DNA from: an uncultured Verrucomicrobiae bacterium
GTDB lineage: Bacteria > Verrucomicrobiota > Verrucomicrobiia > Limisphaerales > Palsa-1400
DNA length: 64,000 bases
Assembly: GCA_963702845.1 (NCBI GenBank)
Contig: OY969763.1
Coordinates: forward strand, 672,001-736,000
Direction: 5' to 3'
In this document: one piece after another, positions 42,262-52,311 of the stretch
Layout: each line of letters opens with the position of its first letter
Position numbering within the stretch: position 1 is the stretch's first letter
Made by a program: the position numbers and the translations under genes
The notes under the pieces: generated by a model
Told to the model about the DNA's origin: nothing
Database searches by the model: none
Seen by the model: only the letters and a program-made list of their open reading frames with translations

Positions 42262-44046
42262 ATGAAAATCATTTCGCGTGTCTCTCTTATTTTGGTTCTG
42301 ACCTGTTTTAGTGCACGCATCGCGTCGGCTGACCCGCAGGTCGATTCTTGGCTCACTAAGTATTCGGGTAAATACGCGCACATTTACACGAACGACACGA
42401 TGAAGGCCAATGGCACGACAGTGACGACGTGGAGCAACGGCCAGCAAACGCAGTCGTCGCCGGCTTATTGCGGCGCGCAGCAGATTTTGACGTCCTCCAG
42501 TTACGTGTATGTGCGAAGCACTGGATTGGGCAGCCACATCATGGGCCCGTGGTGGAACAACACGGCGCATACGGTGGTGTTCGTCAATTTGCCGGCCAAT
42601 CAGAAAATGATATATCGCTTCACGCGTACGCCGACTCCGGCGACAACGCATGCCGCTGTCCAGGGAGAAGTAGGCATGATGGTCGACGGTGTGCGCATTT
42701 TCGATTCGGGTGATGCGTTTTCCTATTCGTATGCGAACAGCCAGGATGCAACGGCGGGCAATGGCCTCACAGGGGATGGCCTGTGGAATCGCGAAGCATG
42801 GTCGAACGAGGGCACGACGATGGACCCGGCCTACGCGCACCAACAAAACACTGGACGCTACCATTATCATGCCACGCCGATTGCGCTACGCTACGTGCTG
42901 GGAGACAACATCGCTTTCGATTCCGTCGCCAAGACTTACGATGAAAGCACAAATGCACCAACGAGACATTCGCCGATAATCGGTTGGATTCAGGATGGCT
43001 ATCCATTGTATGGGCCATATGGATATTCGAGCGCGTCAAACTCGAGCAGTGGCATTCGTCGTATGGTTCCCGGATATGTGAAACGCGATGGCACTGCCGG
43101 CTCGATTAATCTGACGCTTACCGGGCGCACCAATTTTCCAGCGTGGCGCGCCCGCGAGGGAAATCGCTCCGCGACACTCACAGCCAGTGAATACGGCCCG
43201 AATGTCAGCACGACGTATCCGATTGGCCACTACGAAGAAGATTACGAATACCTTGCCGACCTCGGCAAAGTGCAGGGCGTTTATTTCGACCTTGATGAAT
43301 ACAACGGACGTTGGTGCGTGACGCCGGAATTTCCCAACGGGACGTACGCGTATTTTGCAGCGATCGATGCGAGCGGCACGCCCGTGTATCCCTACAACAC
43401 GGGCAGGCAGTATTATGGGATCAACAACGGTGGCCTGGTTACTTCGATTAATGAAAGCGTAGTGACAAACTTCGACGGCGGTGCGAATGCCGCGCTCACT
43501 GTGACTGCGCCGGTCGTGAGCAATGATGTCGTTACGTTGGTGTGGGCGGCCACTGAAGGTGGCACGTATCGAGTCGAGACGAGCACAAATCTTACGACGT
43601 GGACCACGAACACGGGAAACCTTTCCGCGACGCTTAACACCGGCACGTATACGCAAGCTGCCAACGCTTCGAACATTTTTTATCGAGTCGCACGCACGAA
43701 CCTCGCGTCCTTCGACTCTGTGATTAGCACAACTAGTGGCGGGATTTTGAGCGTGTCGCCGACGAGCGGCAATCGCAGCACGACTTTCACGCTGACCATT
43801 AATCTTGATCCGAACGCGAATCCTGCGCCGCCGCCGTCGCAGGCACCGATTAACAGTGTGACCGTTGGAAGCATTACTGGAACCAGCAACGTGCACGTCA
43901 GTCAAACGCAGATGACCAGCAGCATTTCGATTCCGGCGAATGCAACGACGGGCACGCAGACGGTGACGGTCGTGTTTCCGGGGCCGCCGGACAATCCGAC
44001 AGCGACGGTTACGTATACCCTTGCGAACGGCTTTACGGTAAAATAG
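42262..44046 (+). CDS. Secreted YHYH-domain protein 2 with C-terminal module and extra IPT/TIG-like Ig domain
   Basis: Paralogue of 40768; AHQQNTGRYHYHATP, HSPIIGWIQDGYPLYGPYG and DLDEYNGR..TPEFPNGTYAYF. Tail ILSVSPTSG...LANGFTVK. Confidence 0.87.
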   Translation: MKIISRVSLILVLTCFSARIASADPQVDSWLTKYSGKYAHIYTNDTMKANGTTVTTWSNGQQTQSSPAYCGAQQILTSSSYVYVRSTGLGSHIMGPWWNNTAHTVVFVNLPANQKMIYRFTRTPTPATTHAAVQGEVGMMVDGVRIFDSGDAFSYSYANSQDATAGNGLTGDGLWNREAWSNEGTTMDPAYAHQQNTGRYHYHATPIALRYVLGDNIAFDSVAKTYDESTNAPTRHSPIIGWIQDGYPLYGPYGYSSASNSSSGIRRMVPGYVKRDGTAGSINLTLTGRTNFPAWRAREGNRSATLTASEYGPNVSTTYPIGHYEEDYEYLADLGKVQGVYFDLDEYNGRWCVTPEFPNGTYAYFAAIDASGTPVYPYNTGRQYYGINNGGLVTSINESVVTNFDGGANAALTVTAPVVSNDVVTLVWAATEGGTYRVETSTNLTTWTTNTGNLSATLNTGTYTQAANASNIFYRVARTNLASFDSVISTTSGGILSVSPTSGNRSTTFTLTINLDPNANPAPPPSQAPINSVTVGSITGTSNVHVSQTQMTSSISIPANATTGTQTVTVVFPGPPDNPTATVTYTLANGFTVK

Positions 44047-44049
44047 CAC

Positions 44050-45799
44050 ATGCGCAATCGGGTCCAACGTTTCGCGGTCGCGGTCGCGTTTATTCTCGCG
44101 GCCGCGTTGGGGCTTCGTGCCGCAACGTTGGAACTGTCGATGAACCACGTGTTCAATGGCGTTCCGCTCACGTTGAACTCGATGCAATATCGCAACGCGC
44201 GCTGACGAGGTGATGTCGGTGGAGCGCGTCAGTTATTTGCTCAGCGACATTGCTTTCGAACGGGAAGATGGAAAATGGGTACAGCTCGACGAGAAGTTTG
44301 CTTGGCTCGATGTGGAGAAGAAACGAGTTAGCGCGCGATTAGATGTGCCGAGCGGAGTCTATCGTGCGATGCGGTTTTCGGTTGGCCTCAATACGAAGGC
44401 GAATTTCAGCGACGTTACAAAATATGCGGCCGACCATCCGTTAAATCCAAATCTGAACGGGCTGCACTGGAGTTGGCAGGGTGGATACATTTTCCTCGCA
44501 CTAGAGGGACTCTATCAAACGGCGGCTACCGAACCGAAAGGGTATTCGTATCACTTCGCGCGCTCCAACAATTGCACGCCGGTGACACTCTCGGCGAATT
44601 TGGATCTGACAAAGGACGCGCGAGTCGTGGTGGATTTCGATATCGCGACGGTTCTGAACTCGCCACGTTTGCTGTCATTTGTGAAGGACGGGGCCTCGAC
44701 CCATTCACGCGATGGCGATTCGGTTGCCGCAGCGATTCGCGCGAATTTGCCGGGAGCGTTTAGAATACGACAATTTATCCAAACGTCGGACACCGCGCAG
44801 AGCGTTGCAGCTAAACCACTTTATTTGCCGAAGCAGTTCACACCTTATCGGTTCCAGATGAGCGGGATGTTTCCGATTCCGAGTTTGCCGCGCGACAATC
44901 CATTGATTGAGGAACGGGTGAGCCTCGGAGAAAAGTTGTTCAACGAGAAAGCACTATCGCGCGATGGCTCGATTTCATGCGCGTCATGCCATCAGCAGTC
45001 GGCAGCATTTTCGGATTCGCGCCGATTCAGCATTGGTGTGCGCAATCAATCCGGAACAAGGCAGGGGATGCCGTTATTCAATATGGCGTGGAAATCGAGT
45101 TTCTTCTGGGATGGGCGCGCGCCGAGTTTGCGTGCGCAGGCGTTGATGCCGATTCAGGACCATGTCGAGATGGACCAGACTCTTGAAGGCGCGGCGTCGA
45201 ATATGAACGCGCGCGCGGAGTATTTACCGCTGTTCGAAAAGGCGTTTGGCACTAAAGAAATCACTGCTGAGAAGATTGGCCTCACGATTGAACAATTTGT
45301 CCTGACGTTAACGTCATTTGATTCAAAGTTTGATCGCGTTTTGCGAGGACAGGAAAAATTTACGGAACAGGAGCAACGCGGGTTTGAATTGTTCATGACC
45401 GAATACGAGCCGCGCACCGAACACTACGGGGCTGACTGTTTCCATTGTCATGGCGGGCCGTTGTTCAGCGACTATCAGTTTCACAATAACGGGCTCGATG
45501 CCAAATCGGATTCGGACCCTGGCCGGTTTAAGTTCACGAAAATCGAGTTCGACCGCGCCAAGTTTTCAACTCCGTCCTTGCGCAACATCGCGTTGACCGC
45601 TCCGTACATGCACGACGGTCGATTTAAAACTCTCGAAGAGGTGGTGGAACATTACAGCACTGGTGTGATACGGAGTCCTACTCTGGATCCGAATATTGCC
45701 AAACACCCGGACGGCGGGATTCGTCTTTCCACGGCGGACAAACAGGCGTTGGTCGCGTTTCTGATGACTCTGACTGATCCGAAATTCGCCAAAAATTAG
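44050..45799 (+). CDS. Fused MbnP-like domain + MbnH/MauG-type di-heme cytochrome c peroxidase; one frameshift near 44200
   Basis: Signal peptide from ATG 44050 (MRNRVQRFAVAVAFILAAALG). MbnP-like LHWSWQGGYIFLALEG and YSYH. CASCH, FFWDGRA, CFHCH and TPSLRNIALTAPYMHDGRFKTLEEVVEHY. Confidence 0.85.
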
Positions 45800-45825
45800 A
45801 AGCGCTGATTGCCGCGAGCGTTAAC

Positions 45826-47703
45826 TCATTTTGCCGCAGGTTCGACCGTCGGATTGAGCGGCGTTGGTTCGACTGTTTTGTCGGGCGCACCGCTCATTGC
45901 TATCAGTGTCGTAACCGCTTCGCTCAGGCTAACAACGAATGTGTCCGGTGAGACATCCGGACCTTTTTCAGTGATAAGCGTGTCATCGCGTTTTATGCCC
46001 CAGACGCCGACTACAACTTTTGTATCAGGGAATCGCGAGCGCAGTTTCTTCAACAGATATCGAGTGCGACGCAGACGCGTCGGCGGAACGGCGGAAATAC
46101 AAACCACGCGCGCCTGAATCGCAGCGACGTCTTCGACGAAATCCGCAGTGAGGCCCATTGCCGAAAGCGCACGTGCGCCAACGCCGTGCGATCGCAACAG
46201 GCACGCCAGCATCAACCCGACAATTTCGTCTGCAGCATCTCTTGCAGGCACGATCACCGCCAATTCCGGCACGGTCGGTGTTTGGAAAGCGTGTTGGCGA
46301 TCAGTGTCATCATGAACATCGGTTGCAGGGTGCGGTTCTTGGTGTTCTTCGCACAATTCTTCAACCATCTCGCGCAGGTTTTGAAATATATCGAACTCGC
46401 GATCACGCGAGATGCGGCCACGGGCGCGATCCTCTTCGATCAGCCCAAGCGAGGGTAAGATGACTTCTTCGAACAACGCTGGAAGAGGTTTCTCTTTCAT
46501 GTATTGATCGACAATTTCACTCGCTTCGTCGCGATCTCCCGCGAGCAGACGTTGATAGAACCGCGCATCAATGGTCAGCACTGGTTCATCGCTGAGAAGC
46601 ACGTGCAAGAAACCGAGCTTGCGGACATGCGCGCCGGCGACGGCTACGAAAACTGTCAGCGGAGTGGAAAGCAGCAACCCGATTGGCCCCCACAGCCAAG
46701 TCCAAAAAATGGCAGCGAGCAATAGCGCGACAGGAGAAACTCCGGTCTGCGACCCATAGACAAGCGGTTCAATGATATTTGCGGTGGTCAGTTCCGCGCT
46801 GCAGTAGAGACCCGCCGTCCAAAGAAATTTTGTCCAGCCTGGGTCAATTGCGAATGCAAGCGCAAGGGGCGTTGCTGCCGCGATCCAGACGCCGACGTAG
46901 GGAACAAACCGCAGCAATGTTGCCATTGCGCCCCACAACATCGGACTCGGGACGCCGATGAAATAAAGCCCTGTCCCGATAAGCGTGCCAAGGCACAAAT
47001 TGACCAGCAGTTCAAAGAGCAAATATCGGCTTACTCTGTCGGCTGTTTCATTGAGAGTGTCGACTGTTAAGTTCATGCGCTCCGTGCCAGCCAGTCTGAC
47101 GATGCGGTCGCGCATGTCTTCGCGATAGCTCAGCATAAACGAAAGCACAAACAGGATCATGAAAACACTGAGCAGTGGCTTCATGCCTGTGCCGACCATC
47201 GTCTTGACCAATGTCAGTGGACCGGCCTGCGGATTCTGAATCTCCACTGGTACCGGCGTAGCCTCAGAGGGTTCTTTCAAGTTGCTCGACTGTGTGCCCG
47301 TCTTGTTGTCAGGGGACTGGAGTTGACGGCTGCTATGTTTGATCAAACGATTTACCCGTGCGATGGGTCCTTGTGTTTGCGACGCAATGCTAGTGAATTT
47401 TGTTTCGATCGTTTGTTGGTATTGAGGCAGTTTCTTTGCAAGATCGTAAAATTGCGCTCCGACCAGCCAGCCGATCGCGCCGACGATGCATAGCGCGAGC
47501 AAAATAGTGGTAAAGACAGCAATGCCCCGTGGTAAGTGGAGGCGTTCCAGCCACGCGCAGGGCATCGTGAGCAGGAAACTCAGCAACACTGCGACCGAGA
47601 GGGGAATGAGAACTTCGCGCGCGAAATAAAGACCGGCAATTACCAAAGCCACGCCAAACAGGGCGTTCGAACTGATTTTAGCGTAGTCGTTGCCGCGGTA
47701 CAC
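45826..47703 (-). CDS. AI-2E family transporter with C-terminal cytoplasmic Rossmann-like domain
   Basis: REVLIPLSVAVLLSFLL, LRFVPYVG, IEPLVYG and FWTWLWGPIGLLLSTPLT; C-terminal RDAADE..VVCISAVPP. Confidence 0.88.
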   Translation of the reverse strand: MYRGNDYAKISSNALFGVALVIAGLYFAREVLIPLSVAVLLSFLLTMPCAWLERLHLPRGIAVFTTILLALCIVGAIGWLVGAQFYDLAKKLPQYQQTIETKFTSIASQTQGPIARVNRLIKHSSRQLQSPDNKTGTQSSNLKEPSEATPVPVEIQNPQAGPLTLVKTMVGTGMKPLLSVFMILFVLSFMLSYREDMRDRIVRLAGTERMNLTVDTLNETADRVSRYLLFELLVNLCLGTLIGTGLYFIGVPSPMLWGAMATLLRFVPYVGVWIAAATPLALAFAIDPGWTKFLWTAGLYCSAELTTANIIEPLVYGSQTGVSPVALLLAAIFWTWLWGPIGLLLSTPLTVFVAVAGAHVRKLGFLHVLLSDEPVLTIDARFYQRLLAGDRDEASEIVDQYMKEKPLPALFEEVILPSLGLIEEDRARGRISRDREFDIFQNLREMVEELCEEHQEPHPATDVHDDTDRQHAFQTPTVPELAVIVPARDAADEIVGLMLACLLRSHGVGARALSAMGLTADFVEDVAAIQARVVCISAVPPTRLRRTRYLLKKLRSRFPDTKVVVGVWGIKRDDTLITEKGPDVSPDTFVVSLSEAVTTLIAMSGAPDKTVEPTPLNPTVEPAAK

Positions 47704-47794
47704 GTTGGTATCTCAACCTAATCCGCGCAGGTATTGGAAGCTAGAGCAGGAACCCCGATTGTAGGGTGAAGCGGCGCACTGATGGATGGGCAAA

Positions 47795-48311
47795 TCAGTG
47801 CGTGCCCACGCGCGACGCGACCGCTGCGATGAGAACGGCGGTGATGTTGACATAAACCGCAGCAAGCAGATCATCAAACGTAACGCCCCAACCACCGGGC
47901 AAGTTCTGGCTCTGACGAACCGGCCAAGGCTTCCAAACATCAAAAAGACGGAACCGTAAAAATACCGCGACCGTATACATCCAACGCTGTTGCCCGAAAA
48001 AATACTCTGGTCCCGGAAGTTTTTCGCCGCCCAACGACAGCAACCACGTTAAAAAGCAAAATGGTATCGCAACGATTTCGTCGAGCACGATCGAGCCAGG
48101 ATCCGTCTGCCCCAAAATCTTCTCACGCTTCTCCACAAAGCCAAACCGAAGCAGCGCTTCCAGGATGATGCCGCAGATCACACCAATCAGCGAATGCGTG
48201 TACAATAGCGCGGCGAAAAAACCGAGACCTCAGAACAGAGCCGAACGTCCCCGGCGCGACCGGAATTCGTCCAATGCCGAAACCTTGCGCGATCCAAAGT
48301 TTCCAGTTCAC
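47795..48311 (-). CDS. pgpA: Phosphatidylglycerophosphatase A; frameshift near 48215
   Basis: GFGIGRIPVAPGTFGS, DPGSIVLDEIV, FRLFDVWKPWP and GGWGVTFDDLLA. Confidence 0.9.
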
Positions 48312-48901
48312 AGGTCTTGTAAATAGAGGCGGCGATTGCGCCAGAGATAAATGCTGCCGGAGGTGAAGGTCAGGATGATCGCTGCCCAAACCGAGATGCT
48401 GGTAAACCAAACAATCCATGGTTGGCCGGCGATCTGCCAGCCGACGACGACTTCGCCGAATTTACCCCAATGACTATATCCTTGCATCACGAGCAACGCG
48501 AGAATCGCGATCATTTGCGAAATCGTTTTGTGTTTGCCAAATCTTTCCGCCGCAAGAACGACGTGTTGTGATGCGGCGAGCAAGCGCAAACCCGTGATGG
48601 CTAGTTCACGCGAGACGACCACCACAACCATCCACGCCGGAATCCAACCGTGGCCGACAAATGCAATGAACGCCGAACAGACAAGAATTTTGTCTGCCAA
48701 CGGATCCATCAGAATGCCGAAATTAGTGATGAGCTTGTCGCGCCGGGCGATCATGCCATCGAAGTAATCGGTAATACTGGCAGCGCTAAAGAGGAACAAG
48801 GCGACGGTGTCGCGCCATGGATTTGGATCCAAAAAAATGACGAAAAGGAAAGCTAACGTCAGGACCAGGCGAGACAGCGTTAGTTTGTTGGGTAGATTCA
48901 T
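48308..48901 (-). CDS. pgsA: CDP-diacylglycerol--glycerol-3-phosphate 3-phosphatidyltransferase
   Basis: MNLPNKLTLSR and TDYFDGMIARR..TNFGILMDPLADK. Confidence 0.95.
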   Translation of the reverse strand: MNLPNKLTLSRLVLTLAFLFVIFLDPNPWRDTVALFLFSAASITDYFDGMIARRDKLITNFGILMDPLADKILVCSAFIAFVGHGWIPAWMVVVVVSRELAITGLRLLAASQHVVLAAERFGKHKTISQMIAILALLVMQGYSHWGKFGEVVVGWQIAGQPWIVWFTSISVWAAIILTFTSGSIYLWRNRRLYLQDL

Positions 48902-50518
48902 TCAGCGATCAGATCGTAATCTGTATGGCCGATGATCTTAACCTCAGCAAACTGGCCGGCCGGCAGATGGCGTTTGATATACACACGACCATCAATATCT
49001 GGCGCATCCGCCTCACCTCGCGCAACTACAAACTTTGACCCGAGCTTCATTTCCAATTCGCCGCCGCTGCCGCGAATCAACCCATGTTCCCACGAACTAA
49101 CGTTCGCCTTCTGCAAAGCGTCCGCTGTCGCCTCACCTTCACAGAGAACCTTCAGTTTGTGACCGACGAATGATTGAGAAATTTCACACGCGATTTTTTG
49201 CTGCTCTGCCATCGCGAGTTTCTGGCGCTGAAACTTAATCTTATCCGGAATTTGCCCTTCCATCTTGCCGGCGCGCGTGCCGTCCTGTTGCGAGTAGGTA
49301 AATACGCCAAGACGTTCGAAACGCGTTGTGCGAATAAAATCGAGCAATGTCTGGAAATACGCATCCGTTTCGCCCGGGAATCCGACGATAAATGTCGTGC
49401 GAATCGCAATGCCCGGAATACCGGCGCGGATTTTCGCGATGAGATCGACAATATATTGCTGCGACGTTTCGCGGCGCATGCGTTCCAGCATGTTCCCGTG
49501 AATATGCTGTAGCGGAATATCAATATAGCGCGCGACCTTCGGACATTCCGCAATCGTCTTGATCAACTCGTCAGTCCAATGCGCCGGGTGCGTGTAGAGC
49601 AGGCGAATCCAAAAATTACCGGGAATTTTATTTAATTCCCGGAGCAAAGTGCAGAGCGTCGTCGCATCCGAAGGCAACGAATGTGCCGCTGCAGAAAATT
49701 TTTCAGGTGAAGAAATCGCGCGGCTATGATTCGCGCGCAGGTCCAATCCGTAATAAGTCGAATCCTGCGAAATCAAATTGAGTTCTTTGACGCCATCGGC
49801 GACGAGCGCCTTGGCTTCCGCAACAACATCAGCCTGGGTGCGACTACGATGCGATCCTCGCATGCGCGGGATAATGCAAAACGTGCACGGGTGATTGCAC
49901 CCTTCCGCAATTTTGACGTAAGCAAAATGTTTTGGCGTCAGACGAAAACGCGGCGTCTCAAAATCCTGCACGTAAATAGGCCGCGCGTTTACTTCGATCA
50001 ACGGCGCGCTCGCCTCTTGTTCTGGCTTGAATGGCAAAGTCCGCTTTTTCTTTGAACCTTGGACGTTGGATGTTGGATGTTCGACGTTTGCCTTCGTCTT
50101 TGTCCTCCTTCAGTTCCAAGGCAGCCCTAACAATCTGCGGTGCCTGCGCCACTTGATCGATGCCCATGAACGCGTCCACTTCCGGCAGCAACGTCGGCAG
50201 CTCTTCGCGAAACCGTTGCGGCAAGCAGCCCGAAACGATCAGCCCCTGGTGCGGCTTGCGTTGGTTGCGCAATTCATCCGACTCCAAAATCGCGTCGATG
50301 CTTTCCTGTTGCGCCGATTCAATGAAGGAACAGGTATTAACAATAACCACGTCCGCCTCACTCGCTTCATTGGTGATTTGAATGCCGTCCTTCAACAGCG
50401 AGCCGAGCATGATTTCGGCGTCCACAAGATTCTTGGCGCAACCAAGGGAAATTAATCCGACGCGAATCGGTTTGGCGTTGCGTGTTTCGGTGCTTTTAAC
50501 TTTTTGTTCGGGCTTCAC
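48898..50518 (-). CDS. rimO: Ribosomal protein uS12 methylthiotransferase; frameshift within about 50035-50110
   Basis: SLGCAKNLVDAE, NTCSFI, SGCLPQR, radical-SAM CNHPCTFC and DAPDIDG TRAM domain. Confidence 0.93.
50059..50086. repeat. Four tandem heptamers inside rimO
   Basis: TTGGACG TTGGATG TTGGATG TTCGACG. Confidence 0.8.
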
Positions 50519-50579
50519 TGGCGGCTGCCAACTTACGCGACTTTCGGCGCAAATCTAATGGAAAATGACGTCTTTTTCG

Positions 50580-51521
50580 TCAGCGAATATACCCGTCGTA
50601 GACGTGTTTTCCGAGGTATTCGTAACCTTTACCCTCCTCGGGCGTGCCGGCCAGCAGCGCGTGAATGAAGCCGTTGAGTTCTACCTGGACCGTGTGCCAA
50701 ATCTTCTTTTCTGGATTCTCGCGCAGGAACATCAGGACATGCCGCGCATCGGCTGTGCAGGTTTCTAACTCTTTGCTTTGCGTGCCCTGAAATGGAAACT
50801 TCGAACTCAGATCGTTTTTCATCAAGTGAGTGCGCCCCCACGTTCCACCAGCCGCGCTGACGAACGTCTTCCCGTTGAGAAGCGCAATATCATCGTGATA
50901 GGCGAGAACAACCAACCAGTGCGGACGCGAGCTTTGCAACCATTGCACGATTTTATCGCGATGCAGCTTAGTATCATACGCGTAATCGGCATCGAGAAAA
51001 GCAATGCGCGTCACGTCATTGGGGATGTTGGTGACGGCATTGAGGTAACCAAAAATCAAGCTTCCGCCACCGCTGTGCCCGGCAAGAATCGTTTCGATAT
51101 TCCGATCAGGAAACCGTTTTTTGACGGAATCGAACAGGGCGGGGATGCCCGCGTCGCCGTGTTTTTTTCGCCAGGCGGGCCATGCTTTCAAATTATTTTC
51201 CATGAACGCGACGACGAGCGTTTGGTTTGGGAACCGATTCCGAAGATAGCGAGTCTGCGCACCGATGTGTTGGATATTGTAGTGCCAATCATCCTCGGGT
51301 TTGACCTGCTTACCGATCGCGTGTTCGGCCGTGCCTCCATTCGGCAAACCGTAAAACACCAGCGTGATGTTCTTGTTGGCCGGCATCGGCGATGGTGCGT
51401 CGATGACAATACGCACACCATCAACATTGGTGATCGTTGAAAGCTGCTCCCCGGCAGGGTCAGCGACTGCTGCGGAAGCAAAACTCAACAACATTGCGAA
51501 CAAGCCGCCAATACGCGCCAT
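50580..51521 (-). CDS. Secreted alpha/beta-hydrolase-fold protein
   Basis: Signal peptide ..FASAAVA; nucleophile elbow AGHSGGG, AFLDADY and WHTVQV. Confidence 0.65.
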   Translation of the reverse strand: MARIGGLFAMLLSFASAAVADPAGEQLSTITNVDGVRIVIDAPSPMPANKNITLVFYGLPNGGTAEHAIGKQVKPEDDWHYNIQHIGAQTRYLRNRFPNQTLVVAFMENNLKAWPAWRKKHGDAGIPALFDSVKKRFPDRNIETILAGHSGGGSLIFGYLNAVTNIPNDVTRIAFLDADYAYDTKLHRDKIVQWLQSSRPHWLVVLAYHDDIALLNGKTFVSAAGGTWGRTHLMKNDLSSKFPFQGTQSKELETCTADARHVLMFLRENPEKKIWHTVQVELNGFIHALLAGTPEEGKGYEYLGKHVYDGYIR

Positions 51522-51588
51522 GATTGGAGCCGATTTTGTCACGACCTGCTCATTGTCAAAAGAACCAATTTACTCATAACTTGTGCGT

Positions 51589-52311
51589 GTGGGGACTCTT
51601 TACCGACGCGACTTGGCGTGGATTCATCACCATGCCTACGGAAATTTCGCGCGCAATGCCGCGCCACAGTTGGTTCGCATCGTGCGCAAAGCCGGTATTC
51701 GCAAAGGCACGCTCGTCGATTTGGCCTGTGGCAGCGGTATTTGGGCCGACGCCGCACAACACGCCGGTTTCGATGTCATCGGCATCGACCGTTCGAGAGC
51801 GATGCTCGAAATTGCCAAGAGCGTCGCTCCTAAGGCGCAATTTCGTTGTTCATCTCTTCACGACGTTGCGGTTCCGTCATGCGATGTTGTGACAATTATC
51901 GGCGAAGGAATCCAATATCTGCAGCCGAATGAAACCAAACCGCGTCCGCTTAAACCTATATTCCAGCGCGTCGCCAACGCACTACGCTCCGGTGGCCTTT
52001 TCATTTTCGATGCCATCGCTCGACCGGAAAAGCCGATCAATTACTTTCACAATCGGGCGGACCGCGATTGGGCAGTTTGCGTGGAGGCGAAACAAAAGGG
52101 TAACCTGCTTACTCGCAATATCGTGGTGTTTCGAAGAGAGCAGGGGACATGGCGGCGTTCCGACGAAATCCATCGCGCGCAATTGCTCGATGTGAAAAAA
52201 GTTACGAAAGCGCTCGAGGCCTGCGGTCTTACAGTTCAAGTCGCTCGCAAATACGGGACCTTGAAATTGGCTCTAAACCGCGTCGCATTCATTGCGCGCA
52301 AAACGCGCTAG
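51589..52311 (+). CDS. Class I SAM-dependent methyltransferase
   Basis: LVDLACGSG, VIGIDRSRAML and LRSGGLFIFD. Start chosen at GTG 51589, 6 nt after TAACTT. Confidence 0.88.
   Translation: MGTLYRRDLAWIHHHAYGNFARNAAPQLVRIVRKAGIRKGTLVDLACGSGIWADAAQHAGFDVIGIDRSRAMLEIAKSVAPKAQFRCSSLHDVAVPSCDVVTIIGEGIQYLQPNETKPRPLKPIFQRVANALRSGGLFIFDAIARPEKPINYFHNRADRDWAVCVEAKQKGNLLTRNIVVFRREQGTWRRSDEIHRAQLLDVKKVTKALEACGLTVQVARKYGTLKLALNRVAFIARKTR

Noticed and set aside
44203..44205. TGA in the mbnP N-terminus as selenocysteine or readthrough
   Set aside because: The downstream coding sequence is in a different frame, so this is a frameshift and not an in-frame TGA.
40768..45799. Methanobactin biosynthetic cluster
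   Set aside because: No MbnA-like precursor, MbnB/MbnC or TonB-dependent MbnT is recognisable in the window.
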